44,145 nt of DNA from Octopus bimaculoides (GCF_001194135.2 NC_068982.1:184965040-185009184), one strand, 5' to 3'. Counted from the first letter of the stretch, positions 11,240-22,873 are shown. Numbers and translations: made by a program. Notes: generated by a model from the letters alone, not told the origin.

Positions 11240-11415
11240 TCAATTCAAATAAACGAATAGAATTAACGGACAACAAAAGGACGTGCACAAAGGACGTATT
11301 AGCTTGACGCTCCGGTGAAAAGACAAAGTTTGACGTTTCGAGCATAGTTTCTTCGTCGGAAAGGAGAAAGAAATAAGTCCAAAGAAGGAAAAGAAATCGC
11401 CAACAGCACAAGTGT
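11240..11415 (-). mobile_element. Solo Penelope-like pLTR remnant with degenerate hammerhead motif
   Basis: Homologous to about 15590-15700 (gtattagcttgacgctc...aaagt...acgtttcgagc.ta...tcttcg.c.gaaagga). Confidence 0.6.
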
Positions 11416-11659
11416 AGTTACATCACATTTATTTATTTATTTATGTGTTTCTTCTACTATATACACACCAGCTCGATCAGTACATTGCCTATGGCCAGTC
11501 TTCTTTTAGGTGGCTGTTATATCCCAACACTTGCTGGAGTTTAGGCACAAATTCGACCTAAGCTTGGTCGTGTGACTACTTCACCGACAGCCCACTTGTG
11601 ACACAGCTCCATGTTAATATACGAATGGTGACAACTGTTGGAGTGAGTGCGTTGGCGGC

Positions 11660-11864
11660 AGACGTATTAGTGGTGGTAGTGGTTCTGATAGTGATGGTAG
11701 TGGTGGTTATGCAGGTACTTGTGTTACTGGTAATAATTATCGTAGTGTTGTTAGTGATGGAGATGGTATTTGCGTTGGCGGGGATAATTTCGAGGCGTGA
11801 TCCTTGTTACTTTCTACTAGTTGTGAAGTAATAATAGCGTGGTATTTGTGTTAGTATTGCTACT

Positions 11865-11917
<53 letters not shown>

Positions 11918-13092
11918 TATTGTTGTTGCTGAGGTTGCACAATGTTGATTAGTGATGGCAATAAAGTATTGATATAGTGACAGTAATGGCGATGACGGTG
12001 AAAGTAGTCTGGCGGCGGCGTTTGTGGTAGTGGTCATCGTCGTCGTGATTGTGGCTTTNNNNNNNNNNNNNNNNNNNNNNNNNNNNNNNNNNNNNNNNNN
12101 NNNNNNNNNNNNNNNNNNNNNNNNNNNNNNNNNNNNNNNNNNNNNNNNNNNNNNNNNNNNNNNNNNNNNNNNNNNNNNNNNNNNNNNNNNNNNNNNNNNN
12201 NNNNNNNNNNNNNNNNNNNNNNNNNNNNNNNNNNNNNNNNNNNNNNNNNNNNNNNNNNNNNNNNNNNNNNNNNNNNNNNNNNNNNNNNNNNNNNNNNNNN
12301 NNNNNNNNNNNNNNNNNNNNNNNNNNNNNNNNNNNNNNNNNNNNNNNNNNNNNNNNNNNNNNNNNNNNNNNNNNNNNNNNNNNNNNNNNNNNNNNNNNNN
12401 NNNNNNNNNNNNNNNNNNNNNNNNNNNNNNNNNNNNNNNNNNNNNNNNNNNNNNNNNNNNNNNNNNNNNNNNNNNNNNNNNNNNNNNNNNNNNNNNNNNN
12501 NNNNNNNNNNNNNNNNNNNNNNNNNNNNNNNNNNNNNNNNNNNNNNNNNNNNNNNNNNNNNNNNNNNNNNNNNNNNNNNNNNNNNNNNNNNNNNNNNNNN
12601 NNNNNNNNNNNNNNNNNNNNNNNNNNNNNNNNNNNNNNNNNNNNNNNNNNNNNNNNNNNNNNNNNNNNNNNNNNNNNNNNNNNNNNNNNNNNNNNNNNNN
12701 NNNNNNNNNNNNNNNNNNNNNNNNNNNNNNNNNNNNNNNNNNNNNNNNNNNNNNNNNNNNNNNNNNNNNNNNNNNNNNNNNNNNNNNNNNNNNNNNNNNN
12801 NNNNNNNNNNNNNNNNNNNNNNNNNNNNNNNNNNNNNNNNNNNNNNNNNNNNNNNNNNNNNNNNNNNNNNNNNNNNNNNNNNNNNNNNNNNNNNNNNNNN
12901 NNNNNNNNNNNNNNNNNNNNNNNNNNNNNNNNNNNNNNNNNNNNNNNNNNNNNNNNNNNNNNNNNNNNNNNNNNNNNNNNNNNNNNNNNNNNGGTGGTAG
13001 TGGTGGCGGTGGCGGTGGTGGAAGCGGTGGTCGTGGTGGTATTGGTTGTGGTAGTAGTAGTGGTGGTGGTGGTGGTCGTCGTCGTCGTCGTT
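11660..13092. repeat. GGT/GTA/GTC trinucleotide low-complexity region spanning a 934-bp gap
   Basis: Directly visible at 11660-12058 and 12993-13092. Confidence 0.9.
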
Positions 13093-13500
13093 CGTTCATC
13101 TTTGATGTTTCCTGCTGATAGCTTCATTGTTGCACATTTGCACTGCAGTTCTGCTGTCAGGACAAACATTAGATATTTCGTTACACATGAGTGCAATGTG
13201 CCTATTAAAAGCTTCAATCACTTATTGCTTTGTACTCATGTGCACCGATAGTTGCATAGATGAGCAGTACATGTAAACTGCATACTTTATATGACATGCA
13301 TTAGAGTTAATAATGGATTCTGGACAATTTCTCTGTCTTTATGTGATAGGGAAAATGTAGCGTGGCACCGTGGCGTGTATGGAGTACTTAGTTTTTGAGT
13401 CATCAAGTGGATGGATGCATGTGCACATATATATATACATATATAGATAGATAGACAGATACAAATAATATGGCTTATATATATATGTGTGTGTGTGTGT

Positions 13501-13849
13501 GTGGCACTCCGTCGGTGACGACGACGTGGGTTCCAGTTGATTCTATCAACGGAACAGCCTGCTCGTGAAATTAACGTGAAAGTGGCTGAGCACTCCACAG
13601 ACACGTGTGCCCTTAACGTAGTTCTCGTGGGAGATTCAGCGTGACACAGAGTGTGACAAAGCTGGCTCTTCGAAATACAGGTTCAACAGAAACAGGAAGA
13701 AAGAGTACAGCAGGGTGCGCCATCATCCACTGCCGGAGCCTCGTGGAGCTTTATGTGTTTTCGCTCAATAAACAACGTCCGGTCTGGGAATTGAAACCGC
13801 GATCCCACGACCACGATTCCGCTGCCCTAACCACTGGGCCATTGCGCCT

Positions 13850-13852
<3 letters not shown>
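13501..13852 (-). mobile_element. tRNA-derived SINE family D, near full length
   Basis: Minus strand: tggaggcgcaa TGGCCCAGTGG (A box)...GGTTTCAATTCC (B box)...3' end ccgacggagtgccac running into (AC/AT)n. Three copies in the window. Confidence 0.9.
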
Positions 13853-13907
<55 letters not shown>

Positions 13908-14378
13908 CTTTACTCTTTTACTCTCTTTTATATATATATATATATATNNNNNNNNNNNNNNNNNNNNNNNNNNNNNNNNNNNNNNNNNNNNNNNNNNNNN
14001 NNNNNNNNNNNNNNNNNNNNNNNNNNNNNNNNNNNNNNNNNNNNNNNNNNNNNNNNNNNNNNNNNNNNNNNNNNNNNNNNNNNNNNNNNNNNNNNNNNNN
14101 NNNNNNNNNNNNNNNNNNNNNNNNNNNNNNNNNNNNNNNNNNNNNNNNNNNNNNNNNNNNNNNNNNNNNNNNNNNNNNNNNNNNNNNNNNNNNNNNNNNN
14201 NNNNNNNNNNNNNNNNNNNNNNNNNNNNNNNNNNNNNNNNNNNNNNNNNNNNNNNNNNNNNNNNNNNNNNNNNNNNNNNNNNNNNNNNNNNNNNNNNNNN
14301 NNNNNNNNNNNNNNNNNNNNNNNNNNNNNNNNNNNNNNNNTATATATATATATATATATATATAGTACATATATAGAT

Positions 14379-14419
<41 letters not shown>

Positions 14420-14684
14420 CTCTCTCTCTCTCCCTCTCAAGCGCACTCTCACATTCCCACACACACGCACGGTATACACATACATACATACATACATACA
14501 TACATACATACATACATACATACATACATTTGAAATTTATTGGTGCTCGTAATGGCTTTTAGACTGTTTCGTTGTCTCTGCATCTCGGGGCTGGTGCCGT
14601 GTTCTTTCGCGTTGTATTTTTATATTTGTTTTTTATTCATCATTTATGTTTACACAATGTGTATTTGTGTGTATGCAAAATTTC

Positions 14685-15003
14685 GGCTGCTTTGAACATA
14701 ACAGTGGAATTTGAACTTTGCAAATGCCCACTGCCATATGAAGCTACAGGATTTTGTGAAGTTTGGTGTTTGTGGGGCTTACTAATACTACTAACTGGAA
14801 AGAAATGGAGCGTGATAAAAGCTGCTGAGATAGCAAATGCTACACTGGATATGAAAGTGACGATAGGTGCGGTGCAGAGCGAACTTGCTGCACTGGGACG
14901 GACATGAAACAAACAAATAATCAGCCAGAATATAACGAAGGCACCCGAGATGTTTTGACAAAAGAAATTCGTTTTATTGAAGAGGAAGGCCTAAAGCGAT
15001 AGG
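14685..15003 (+). pseudogene. HERO/NeSL-like (RLE-class) non-LTR retrotransposon fragment
   Basis: TGKKWSVIKAAEIANATLDMKVTIGAVQSELAALG (14794-14898) resembles the recalled motif TGRKW...AV..AE..L..K.I.GAVQ..RAGLG. Downstream, after a frameshift, TRDVLTKEIRFIEEE fits the next block. Confidence 0.6.
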
Positions 15004-15015
15004 GTTAGGATGCCG

Positions 15016-15088
<73 letters not shown>

Positions 15089-15568
15089 NNNNNNNNNNNN
15101 NNNNNNNNNNNNNNNNNNNNNNNNNNNNNNNNNNNNNNNNNNNNNNNNNNNNNNNNNNNNNNNNNNNNNNNNNNNNNNNNNNNNNNNNNNNNNNNNNNNN
15201 NNNNNNNNNNNNNNNNNNNNNNNNNNNNNNNNNNNNNNNNNNNNNNNNNNNNNNNNNNNNNNNNNNNNNNNNNNNNNNNNNNNNNNNNNNNNNNNNNNNN
15301 NNNNNNNNNNNNNNNNNNNNNNNNNNNNNNNNNNNNNNNNNNNNNNNNNNNNNNNNNNNNNNNNNNNNNNNNNNNNNNNNNNNNNNNNNNNNNNNNNNNN
15401 NNNNNNNNNNNNNNNNNNNNNNNNNNNNNNNNNNNNNNNNNNNNNNNNNNNNNNNNNNNNNNNNNNNNNNNNNNNNNNNNNNNNNNNNNNNNNNNNNNNN
15501 NNNNNNNNNNNNNNNNNNNNNNNNNNNNNNNNNNNNNNNNNNNNNATATATATATATATATATATATA

Positions 15569-16452
15569 CAGTGAGAATTTACAAAGCAACAAAAGACGAA
15601 GACTGGTGTGTAAATAACAAACAGATGTATTAGCTTAATGCTCGGGAAGCGAGAAAGTCTTTTACGTTTCGAGCCTACGCTCTTCGACAGAAAGGAACAC
15701 AGAAATAAACAGGGAGAGAAAATTTAAAAAAAGGTTCAGTGGCTAGCGATCTATCATGCCGAATGCCGGACAGAGGGGTTACACAGGAGTGATAGGAAGA
15801 AGGGGAGATAATGTAGTGGTGATCCCAAAACGAAGGTGCACGTGTGTATGTATGTGAGAGCGTGTATGTGCGTGTGGATGGGGGCTGGTGACCTTGACGT
15901 GTAGCGCGTGTGTGCATGTGTAGGTGTGTGGATGAGGGTGTGGGAACGTGCTCTGGCAAGGGTGGTGTGGATAGTGATGAGGGGATATCCACGTAGGATG
16001 AAGTGTTGAGCCATGAGTTGAGACTGGTTCTCAAAGTCATGGTCGTCACTGCAGAGCATCCGTAGACGGAAGAATTGGGAATAGGGAATGGAGAGCTTGG
16101 TGTGTTTAGGGTGGGATGAGGAAATGTTGAGGTATGAGTGTGAGTCTGTGTGTTTGTAGTGGATGGAGGTGTTGAGAGTGGAGTGATGAATGCTGACCGA
16201 AATGTCGAGTAAGGCGCCGGAAGTATCGGAAATAGTGCAGAAGTGGAGGGCAGGATGGAAAGATTTGACAAAAGAGAGGAAGGAGTCTAGATGTCCGCGG
16301 GAGAGTGACGTCGCACCGATACAGTTGTCAATATAACGACCGTATAGTTCGGGAGTGGGACCAGTGAAACTTGAGAATATTTGGGCCTCAACGTAGCCAA
16401 CGAACAGGTTCGCATAGTTAGGGCCCATTCTCGTTCCCATGGCTAATCCCGA
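15569..16452 (-). mobile_element. Penelope-like element (Neptune-like): RT C-terminal half plus 3' pLTR region; 5' part lost in the gap
   Basis: ORF 16440..15754: GLAMGTRMGPNYANLF, YGRYIDNCIG (YxDD changed to YIDN), LDISV, SIHYKHTDSHSYL..SSSHP...SIPYSQFFRLRMLCSD...F..RGYP. These are characteristic PLE RT/thumb motifs. No GIY-YIG follows. Confidence 0.9.
15659..15694 (-). ncRNA. Minimal type-I hammerhead ribozyme-like motif with A6U core variant
   Basis: Minus strand: CUUU CUGUCGA A GAGC-GUAG-GCUC GAAA CG UA^ AAAG. Helix I 4 bp, helix II 4 bp, palindromic ACGU in place of helix III; lies in the 3' region of the PLE. Confidence 0.65.
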
Positions 16453-17225
16453 NNNNNNNNNNNNNNNNNNNNNNNNNNNNNNNNNNNNNNNNNNNNNNNN
16501 NNNNNNNNNNNNNNNNNNNNNNNNNNNNNNNNNNNNNNNNNNNNNNNNNNNNNNNNNNNNNNNNNNNNNNNNNNNNNNNNNNNNNNNNNNNNNNNNNNNN
16601 NNNNNNNNNNNNNNNNNNNNNNNNNNNNNNNNNNNNNNNNNNNNNNNNNNNNNNNNNNNNNNNNNNNNNNNNNNNNNNNNNNNNNNNNNNNNNNNNNNNN
16701 NNNNNNNNNNNNNNNNNNNNNNNNNNNNNNNNNNNNNNNNNNNNNNNNNNNNNNNNNNNNNNNNNNNNNNNNNNNNNNNNNNNNNNNNNNNNNNNNNNNN
16801 NNNNNNNNNNNNNNNNNNNNNNNNNNNNNNNNNNNNNNNNNNNNNNNNNNNNNNNNNNNNNNNNNNNNNNNNNNNNNNNNNNNNNNNNNNNNNNNNNNNN
16901 NNNNNNNNNNNNNNNNNNNNNNNNNNNNNNNNNNNNNNNNNNNNNNNNNNNNNNNNNNNNNNNNNNNNNNNNNNNNNNNNNNNNNNNNNNNNNNNNNNNN
17001 NNNNNNNNNNNNNNNNNNNNNNNNNNNNNNNNNNNNNNNNNNNNNNNNNNNNNNNNNNNNNNNNNNNNNNNNNNNNNNNNNNNNNNNNNNNNNNNNNNNN
17101 NNNNNNNNNNNNNNNNNNNNNNNNNNNNNNNNNNNNNNNNNNNNNNNNNNNNNNNNNNNNNNNNNNNNNNNNNNNNNNNNNNNNNNNNNNNNNNNNNNNN
17201 NNNNNNNNNNNNNNNNNNNNNNNNN

Positions 17226-17396
17226 CGCTTGATACCCGATGCTGGTGTGTTTACGTCCCCGTTCGATAAAAGAGACTGAAATAATAAGTACTAGTCTTTC
17301 AACGAATAAATTCTGGTGTTGATTTGCTCGACTAAAGGCGGTGCTCCAGCATGGCCGCAGTCAAATGACTGAAACAAGTAAAAGAATAAAAGAATA
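17226..17396 (+). mobile_element. SINE family A 3' module
   Basis: gatgctggtgtgtttacgtcccc...gatttgctcgactaaaggcggtgctccagcatggccgcagtc...aaaagaata. Confidence 0.85.
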
Positions 17397-17410
17397 TATA
17401 TATACATAGT

Positions 17411-17719
17411 GAAGGCACGTGGCTTAGTGGTTAGGGCATTCAGCTCCTCACGATCGATTGTGAGTTCAATTCCCGGCAACGCGTTGTGTCCTTGAGCAAG
17501 ATACATTATTTCACGTTGCTCCAGTCCACTCAACTGGCAAAAAATAAGTAGTACCTGTATTTCTAAGGGCCAGCCTTGTCATGTTCTGTGTCACGCTGAA
17601 TTTCTCAGCGAAAGGCACTGTTAAGGGCACGCGTGTCTGTGGAGTGCTCAACCACTTGCATGTTAATTTCACGATCGGATCAACTGGAACCCTTGTCGTC
17701 GTTACTGACAGAGTGCCAG

Positions 17720-17722
<3 letters not shown>
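17411..17722 (+). mobile_element. Mosaic SINE: family E tRNA head plus CORE-like domain joined to the family D 3' half
   Basis: A box tggcttagtgg, B box gagttcaattcc, CORE-like gtgtccttgagcaagatac...ctggcaaaaa. From gtacctgtattt (~17550) onward it matches the family D tail to gagtgcca. Confidence 0.85.
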
Positions 17723-17800
<78 letters not shown>

Positions 17801-18171
17801 NNNNNNNNNNNNNNNNNNNNNNNNNNNNNNNNNNNNNNNNNNNNNNNNNNNNNNNNNNNNNNNNNNNNNNNNNNNNNNNNNNNNNNNNNNNNNNNNNNNN
17901 NNNNNNNNNNNNNNNNNNNNNNNNNNNNNNNNNNNNNNNNNNNNNNNNNNNNNNNNNNNNNNNNNNNNNNNNNNNNNNNNNNNNNNNNNNNNNNNNNNNN
18001 NNNNNNNNNNNNNNNNNNNNNNNNNNNNNNNNNNNNNNNNNNNNNNNNNNNNNNNNNNNNNNNNNNNNNNNNNNNNNNNNNNNNNNNNNNNNNNNNNNNN
18101 NNNNNNNNNNNNNNNNNNNNNNNNNNNNNNNNNNNNNNNNNNNNNNNNNNTATATATATATATATACATAC

Positions 18172-18268
<97 letters not shown>

Positions 18269-18422
18269 TGTATAACTGGCACTCAGTTGCACTAAGTTAT
18301 AGGAACGCAAACACACCAATACGTCATATATACACACACGCACACGCACACACACGCACACACACATATATGTATGTGTGCGCGTGCGTTCGCGGGCGTG
18401 CGCGCGCGTGTGTGTATATATG

Positions 18423-18580
18423 GTGTGTTGATGTGTTTGCGTCCCTGTAACTTAATGGTTCAGCAAAAGACCAGTAGAATAAGTATCAGGCTTTAAAAAA
18501 TAAGTACTGGGGCCGATTCGTTCGACTAAAAGCTCCAGTATAGCCGCAGTGCAAAGATTGAAACAAGTAAACTAATAAAA
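18423..18580 (+). mobile_element. SINE family A 3' module, diverged
   Basis: gtttgcgtccctgtaactt...agtactggggccgattcgttcgactaa...gaaacaagtaa. Confidence 0.7.
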
Positions 18581-18719
18581 ACAATAAAAGAATATTAAAT
18601 ATAAGAGTTTTGTTTCTGCACGGAATTCTGAATTAGAAGAATGATATATAATGAAGATTATAAAAAGTCGAGATACTAAGAAATTGAAGAGTATAAATAA
18701 AGATATATATCTCTTCCCT

Positions 18720-18860
18720 TTGAACACGTGTCCGTCGTATTCCCGCTGTCTCTGAAGAACTCGAATATATAGTACATAAGAAATCTTGTTTCGAGAAATA
18801 GCTGACTGGCGAGACATCAACAATTTGTCATTAGTGACCGTAAATGCAGCAGCAATATTT
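18720..18860 (+). mobile_element. Probable PLE pLTR remnant with decayed hammerhead
   Basis: gtct CTGAAGA a ctcg...cga GAAAT AGCT GAC tggcgagac. Confidence 0.4.
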
Positions 18861-19148
18861 TTGATTAGCTAATTCTTTGTTTTCTTTCATGAGAATGCTT
18901 TCGTTCAATAATCTGATAAATGCCCTACAAAAGTTGTCCTTGTTCCAAGTCAAAAGGTTATTGACATTCTGAAGAAACATAACAAACCAATGAATGAGAT
19001 TTAAACTTATGAATACAGTATACAGTATTATCTTGATATAAACCGTAAAATGGAACCATTTTATTTGTGCGTGTGGCGCCACAAAATGGGAGAGAGAAAG
19101 ATAAAAGTTTGCACAAACACACGCACACGTACACATACACACACACTG

Positions 19149-19191
<43 letters not shown>

Positions 19192-19226
19192 AAATACTGT
19201 TGCCGAATTGCACTCTCTCTAGTCTC

Positions 19227-19319
<93 letters not shown>

Positions 19320-19330
19320 CAGTTCTTGTG

Positions 19331-19582
19331 GAGGTGCGTGGGTTAGTGGCTGGGATGTTGGATTCATGATCATAAGATTGTGGTTTCGATTCCTGGACTG
19401 GATGACACGCTGTGTTCTTGAGCAAAACAGTTCATTTCACGTTGCTCCAGTCCCTTCAGCTGACAAAAATGAGTAATCCTGCGATGGACCGGCGCCCCTT
19501 CAGGGTGGGGAATATATGCGCTATGAACCCGAGAAACTGTCCCTTTTGGGTCGGCATGACTCGAGAAAGTAACTTTACCTTT
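19331..19582 (+). mobile_element. SINE family E (tRNA head, CORE-like domain, gcgatggac... tail)
   Basis: B-box-like ggtttcgattcc; tgtgttcttgagcaaaac...cacgttgctccagtc...aaaaatgagtaa. Homologous to 39711..39968. Confidence 0.85.
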
Positions 19583-19849
19583 CTTTTTTTTTTTACTGCT
19601 CAATTCTCAAAAGTAGAATAAGAGGGGCAAGCAATAGCTGGGCCCCTCAAGCTACTTTTTTCTTCAACGTTCGTCACAGTTTGAACCTAGCTGAACATTC
19701 CAGTCTGTAAATATCACCCACCTCCATCACACTCACTCCATCTTTCTTTTCCCTCTCTCTCCCTCTCTCTCTCTCTCACTCTCTCTTTTCTTTCTTTTTG
19801 TGGTTCAACTTCTTTCATTTTCATCATCTTCCACCATCGTCATCATCAT

Positions 19850-19891
<42 letters not shown>

Positions 19892-19994
19892 TAACATCAC
19901 CCTCCACCACAACCTAACCAAACCACCTTCCTATACACATGTCCTCACCCCACACTTCGCCAATATCACTGGGGAGCAACTAAATGATATTTTC

Positions 19995-20006
19995 ATATAA
20001 ATATAT

Positions 20007-20067
<61 letters not shown>

Positions 20068-20627
20068 GTGTATGTGCGTGTATGTATATATGTATGTATG
20101 TATTTATAACTGGTCGATGGCTGTGTTTTAGTGATTTGACAGACATACATACTCGTACACGGTTTCATCGACGCAAATAGAGCGATTGACACAAGTATAC
20201 ATGCGCTCTTTATATACAAGCAAGTAACATACGTACTTGCAGCCATACAAACCATTGTACATAAAATCATACAGATACCGTTACTACACGCGCATACAAA
20301 TACCCATGTATGTTTCGATCTGTGCGTATTTGTATGCTGCTATATATATATATATATATANNNNNNNNNNNNNNNNNNNNNNNNNNNNNNNNNNNNNNNN
20401 NNNNNNNNNNNNNNNNNNNNNNNNNNNNNNNNNNNNNNNNNNNNNNNNNNNNNNNNNNNNNNNNNNNNNNNNNNNNNNNNNNNNNNNNNNNNNNNNNNNN
20501 NNNNNNNNNNNNNNNNNNNNNNNNNNNNNNNNNNNNNNNNNNNNNNNNNNNNNNNNNNNNNNNNNNNNNNNNNNNNNNNNNNNNNNNNNNNNNNNNNNNN
20601 NNNNNNNNNNNNNNNNNNNNNNNNNNN

Positions 20628-20676
<49 letters not shown>

Positions 20677-20998
20677 AATATATATATGTATATAGTTGTA
20701 TGTATATATATACATACACTTATATACATATGTATATATATGTATATATATATACGTACATATGTACATGCACATACATACACACATATACATACAACAG
20801 TACGATATATATATTATATATATATATATTATGTATATATATTATATATATTGTGTGTGTGAGAATGTATATATTTGATCAAATTAATTAGATGAGTATA
20901 TTTCACATATATACTTAATATATATATATAAATATATATATGTGTGTGTGTGTGTGTATATGTATAAGTATATGTATGTATATATATATATGTATATA

Positions 20999-21037
<39 letters not shown>

Positions 21038-21040
21038 CTA

Positions 21041-21078
<38 letters not shown>

Positions 21079-21125
21079 TGTATATATATATAGAGAGAGA
21101 GATATACATTCACACACATATGTAC
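19995..21125. repeat. Large (TA)n/(TATG)n/(CA)n composite microsatellite region with gap
   Basis: Directly visible. Confidence 0.95.
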
Positions 21126-21546
21126 GCATGTATTTATAAAGTGGAAGATGAAGACAAAGTGAGGGATGGTGAGAGGGGGGAAGAGTAGGGTCGTTGTAGA
21201 AAAATAAATTTCGCATCTATTTTTTACTTTTCTTTTCTTTTCTTTTTTTGTTACTTTTTTCTTTTTTTTTTTCAGTTTTACAATTTCTTTGATTTTCACA
21301 TTATTACACTTATATCTTCTTTTTGCTGTTCTTTGAAGTTGTCGTTATTGGCGACCACCACCACCACCACCACCACCACCACCACCATCAGCACTAGGCT
21401 GATGTTGATGATGATGACGGTGATGATTGTTGCGGTGTTTATAGTGTCGCTGTTGATGTCGATGTTGTGATTACAATTGTTTTCCTTATCAATATTATTA
21501 ACATACAAAGAAATCATCGTTATCATCAGGAGACATCACATAACTC

Positions 21547-21720
21547 TTTTTCGTTGTTGTTGTTGTTGTTGTTGTTGTCCTTCTTCTTCTCCCTCTTTCT
21601 CTTCTTCCTCTTCCCCTTCCTCTTCTTCCTCTTCTTCTATTTCTTCATCTTTTTGTCTTTTTTCTTGTCATGTCTTGATTGTTACTGCTGTTGTGCTTCT
21701 TCTTGTCATCTCGCTTCTAC

Positions 21721-21751
<31 letters not shown>

Positions 21752-22200
21752 CTTCTTCTTCTTCTCATTCATCTTCTTCTCATTCATCTTCTTCTCATTC
21801 ATCGTCTTCTTCTTCTTCTTCTTCTTTTTCTTCTTCTTCTTCTCCTCCTCCTCCTCCTCCTCCTTCTTCTTCTTCTTCTTCTTCTTCCTCCTCCTTCTTC
21901 TTCTTCTTCTTCTTCTCCTTCTTCCTTTTATCTTCTTCTTCTTCTTCTTCTTCTTCTTCTTCTTCTTCTTCTTCTTCTTCTTCTTCTTCTTCATCCTCTG
22001 CGTCTTCTTCTTCTTCTTCTTCTCATTCATCTTCTTTTTCTTCTTCTTCTTCTTCTTCTTCGTCTTCTCATTCATCGTCTTCTTCTTCTTCTTCTTCTTC
22101 TCATTCATCTTCTCCTCCTCCTCCTTCTTCTTCTTTTTTCTTCTTCTCCTCCTCCTCCTCCTCCTCCTCCTCCTCCTCCTCCTTCTTCTTCTTCTTCTTG
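21547..22200. repeat. (CTT)n/(CCT)n polypyrimidine tract with recurring tctcattcatc units
   Basis: Directly visible; source of the poly-K/E, poly-L, poly-F and poly-S ORFs. Confidence 0.95.
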
Positions 22201-22873
22201 GTGCCACTTTCGCCGCTGCTCTTTCTTTGTTCTCCTCCATAAGAAGTCCTATAACTCTGTTTATACTCTCTGCATCTAATCAATTAACGTTAATTGGAAT
22301 AAAGCCAGCCATTTCTCTGTTGTTCTCGTTCATGGCCAACATTAATCAATGTTCATTTCTTTACACACACACACATTGCAAACATATTTAAATTACACAT
22401 ACACTCAAACATACGCACGCACACAAATATACGTATGTAAGTGTTTATATACCTACATGTGTGTGTATATAAACACACAAACATATATTCACATGTATAC
22501 GTATATATTAATTCATATGGATATATATNNNNNNNNNNNNNNNNNNNNNNNNNNNNNNNNNNNNNNNNNNNNNNNNNNNNNNNNNNNNNNNNNNNNNNNN
22601 NNNNNNNNNNNNNNNNNNNNNNNNNNNNNNNNNNNNNNNNNNNNNNNNNNNNNNNNNNNNNNNNNNNNNNNNNNNNNNNNNNNNNNNNNNNNNNNATACA
22701 TACATACATATATATATATATGTATGCATGTATGTACGTGTGTGTGTACATAAATATATTTATATTTGTCTCCATTTCTTGATATTTTTCTTTATTGATG
22801 CACACTCCCGTATATGCGCTAGCGTATAATGTATACGATTATGTGTGTGTTAGTGTGTGTGTGTGTGTGCCTC

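Noticed and set aside
13132-13201. miRNA-like hairpin containing a miR-25/92-like seed on the minus strand
   Set aside because: Only ~12 bp pair around a ~45-nt loop, and the rest does not match the known mature sequences.
13790-13852. tRNA gene calls for SINE heads (also 5981, 17411, 19331, 36570, 39711, 43710)
   Set aside because: They have A/B boxes but continue into SINE bodies and lack a complete cloverleaf with acceptor stem.
21467-22391. Poly-K/E/R, poly-L, poly-F and poly-S ORFs
   Set aside because: Open in several frames on both strands because of the (CTT)n tract.
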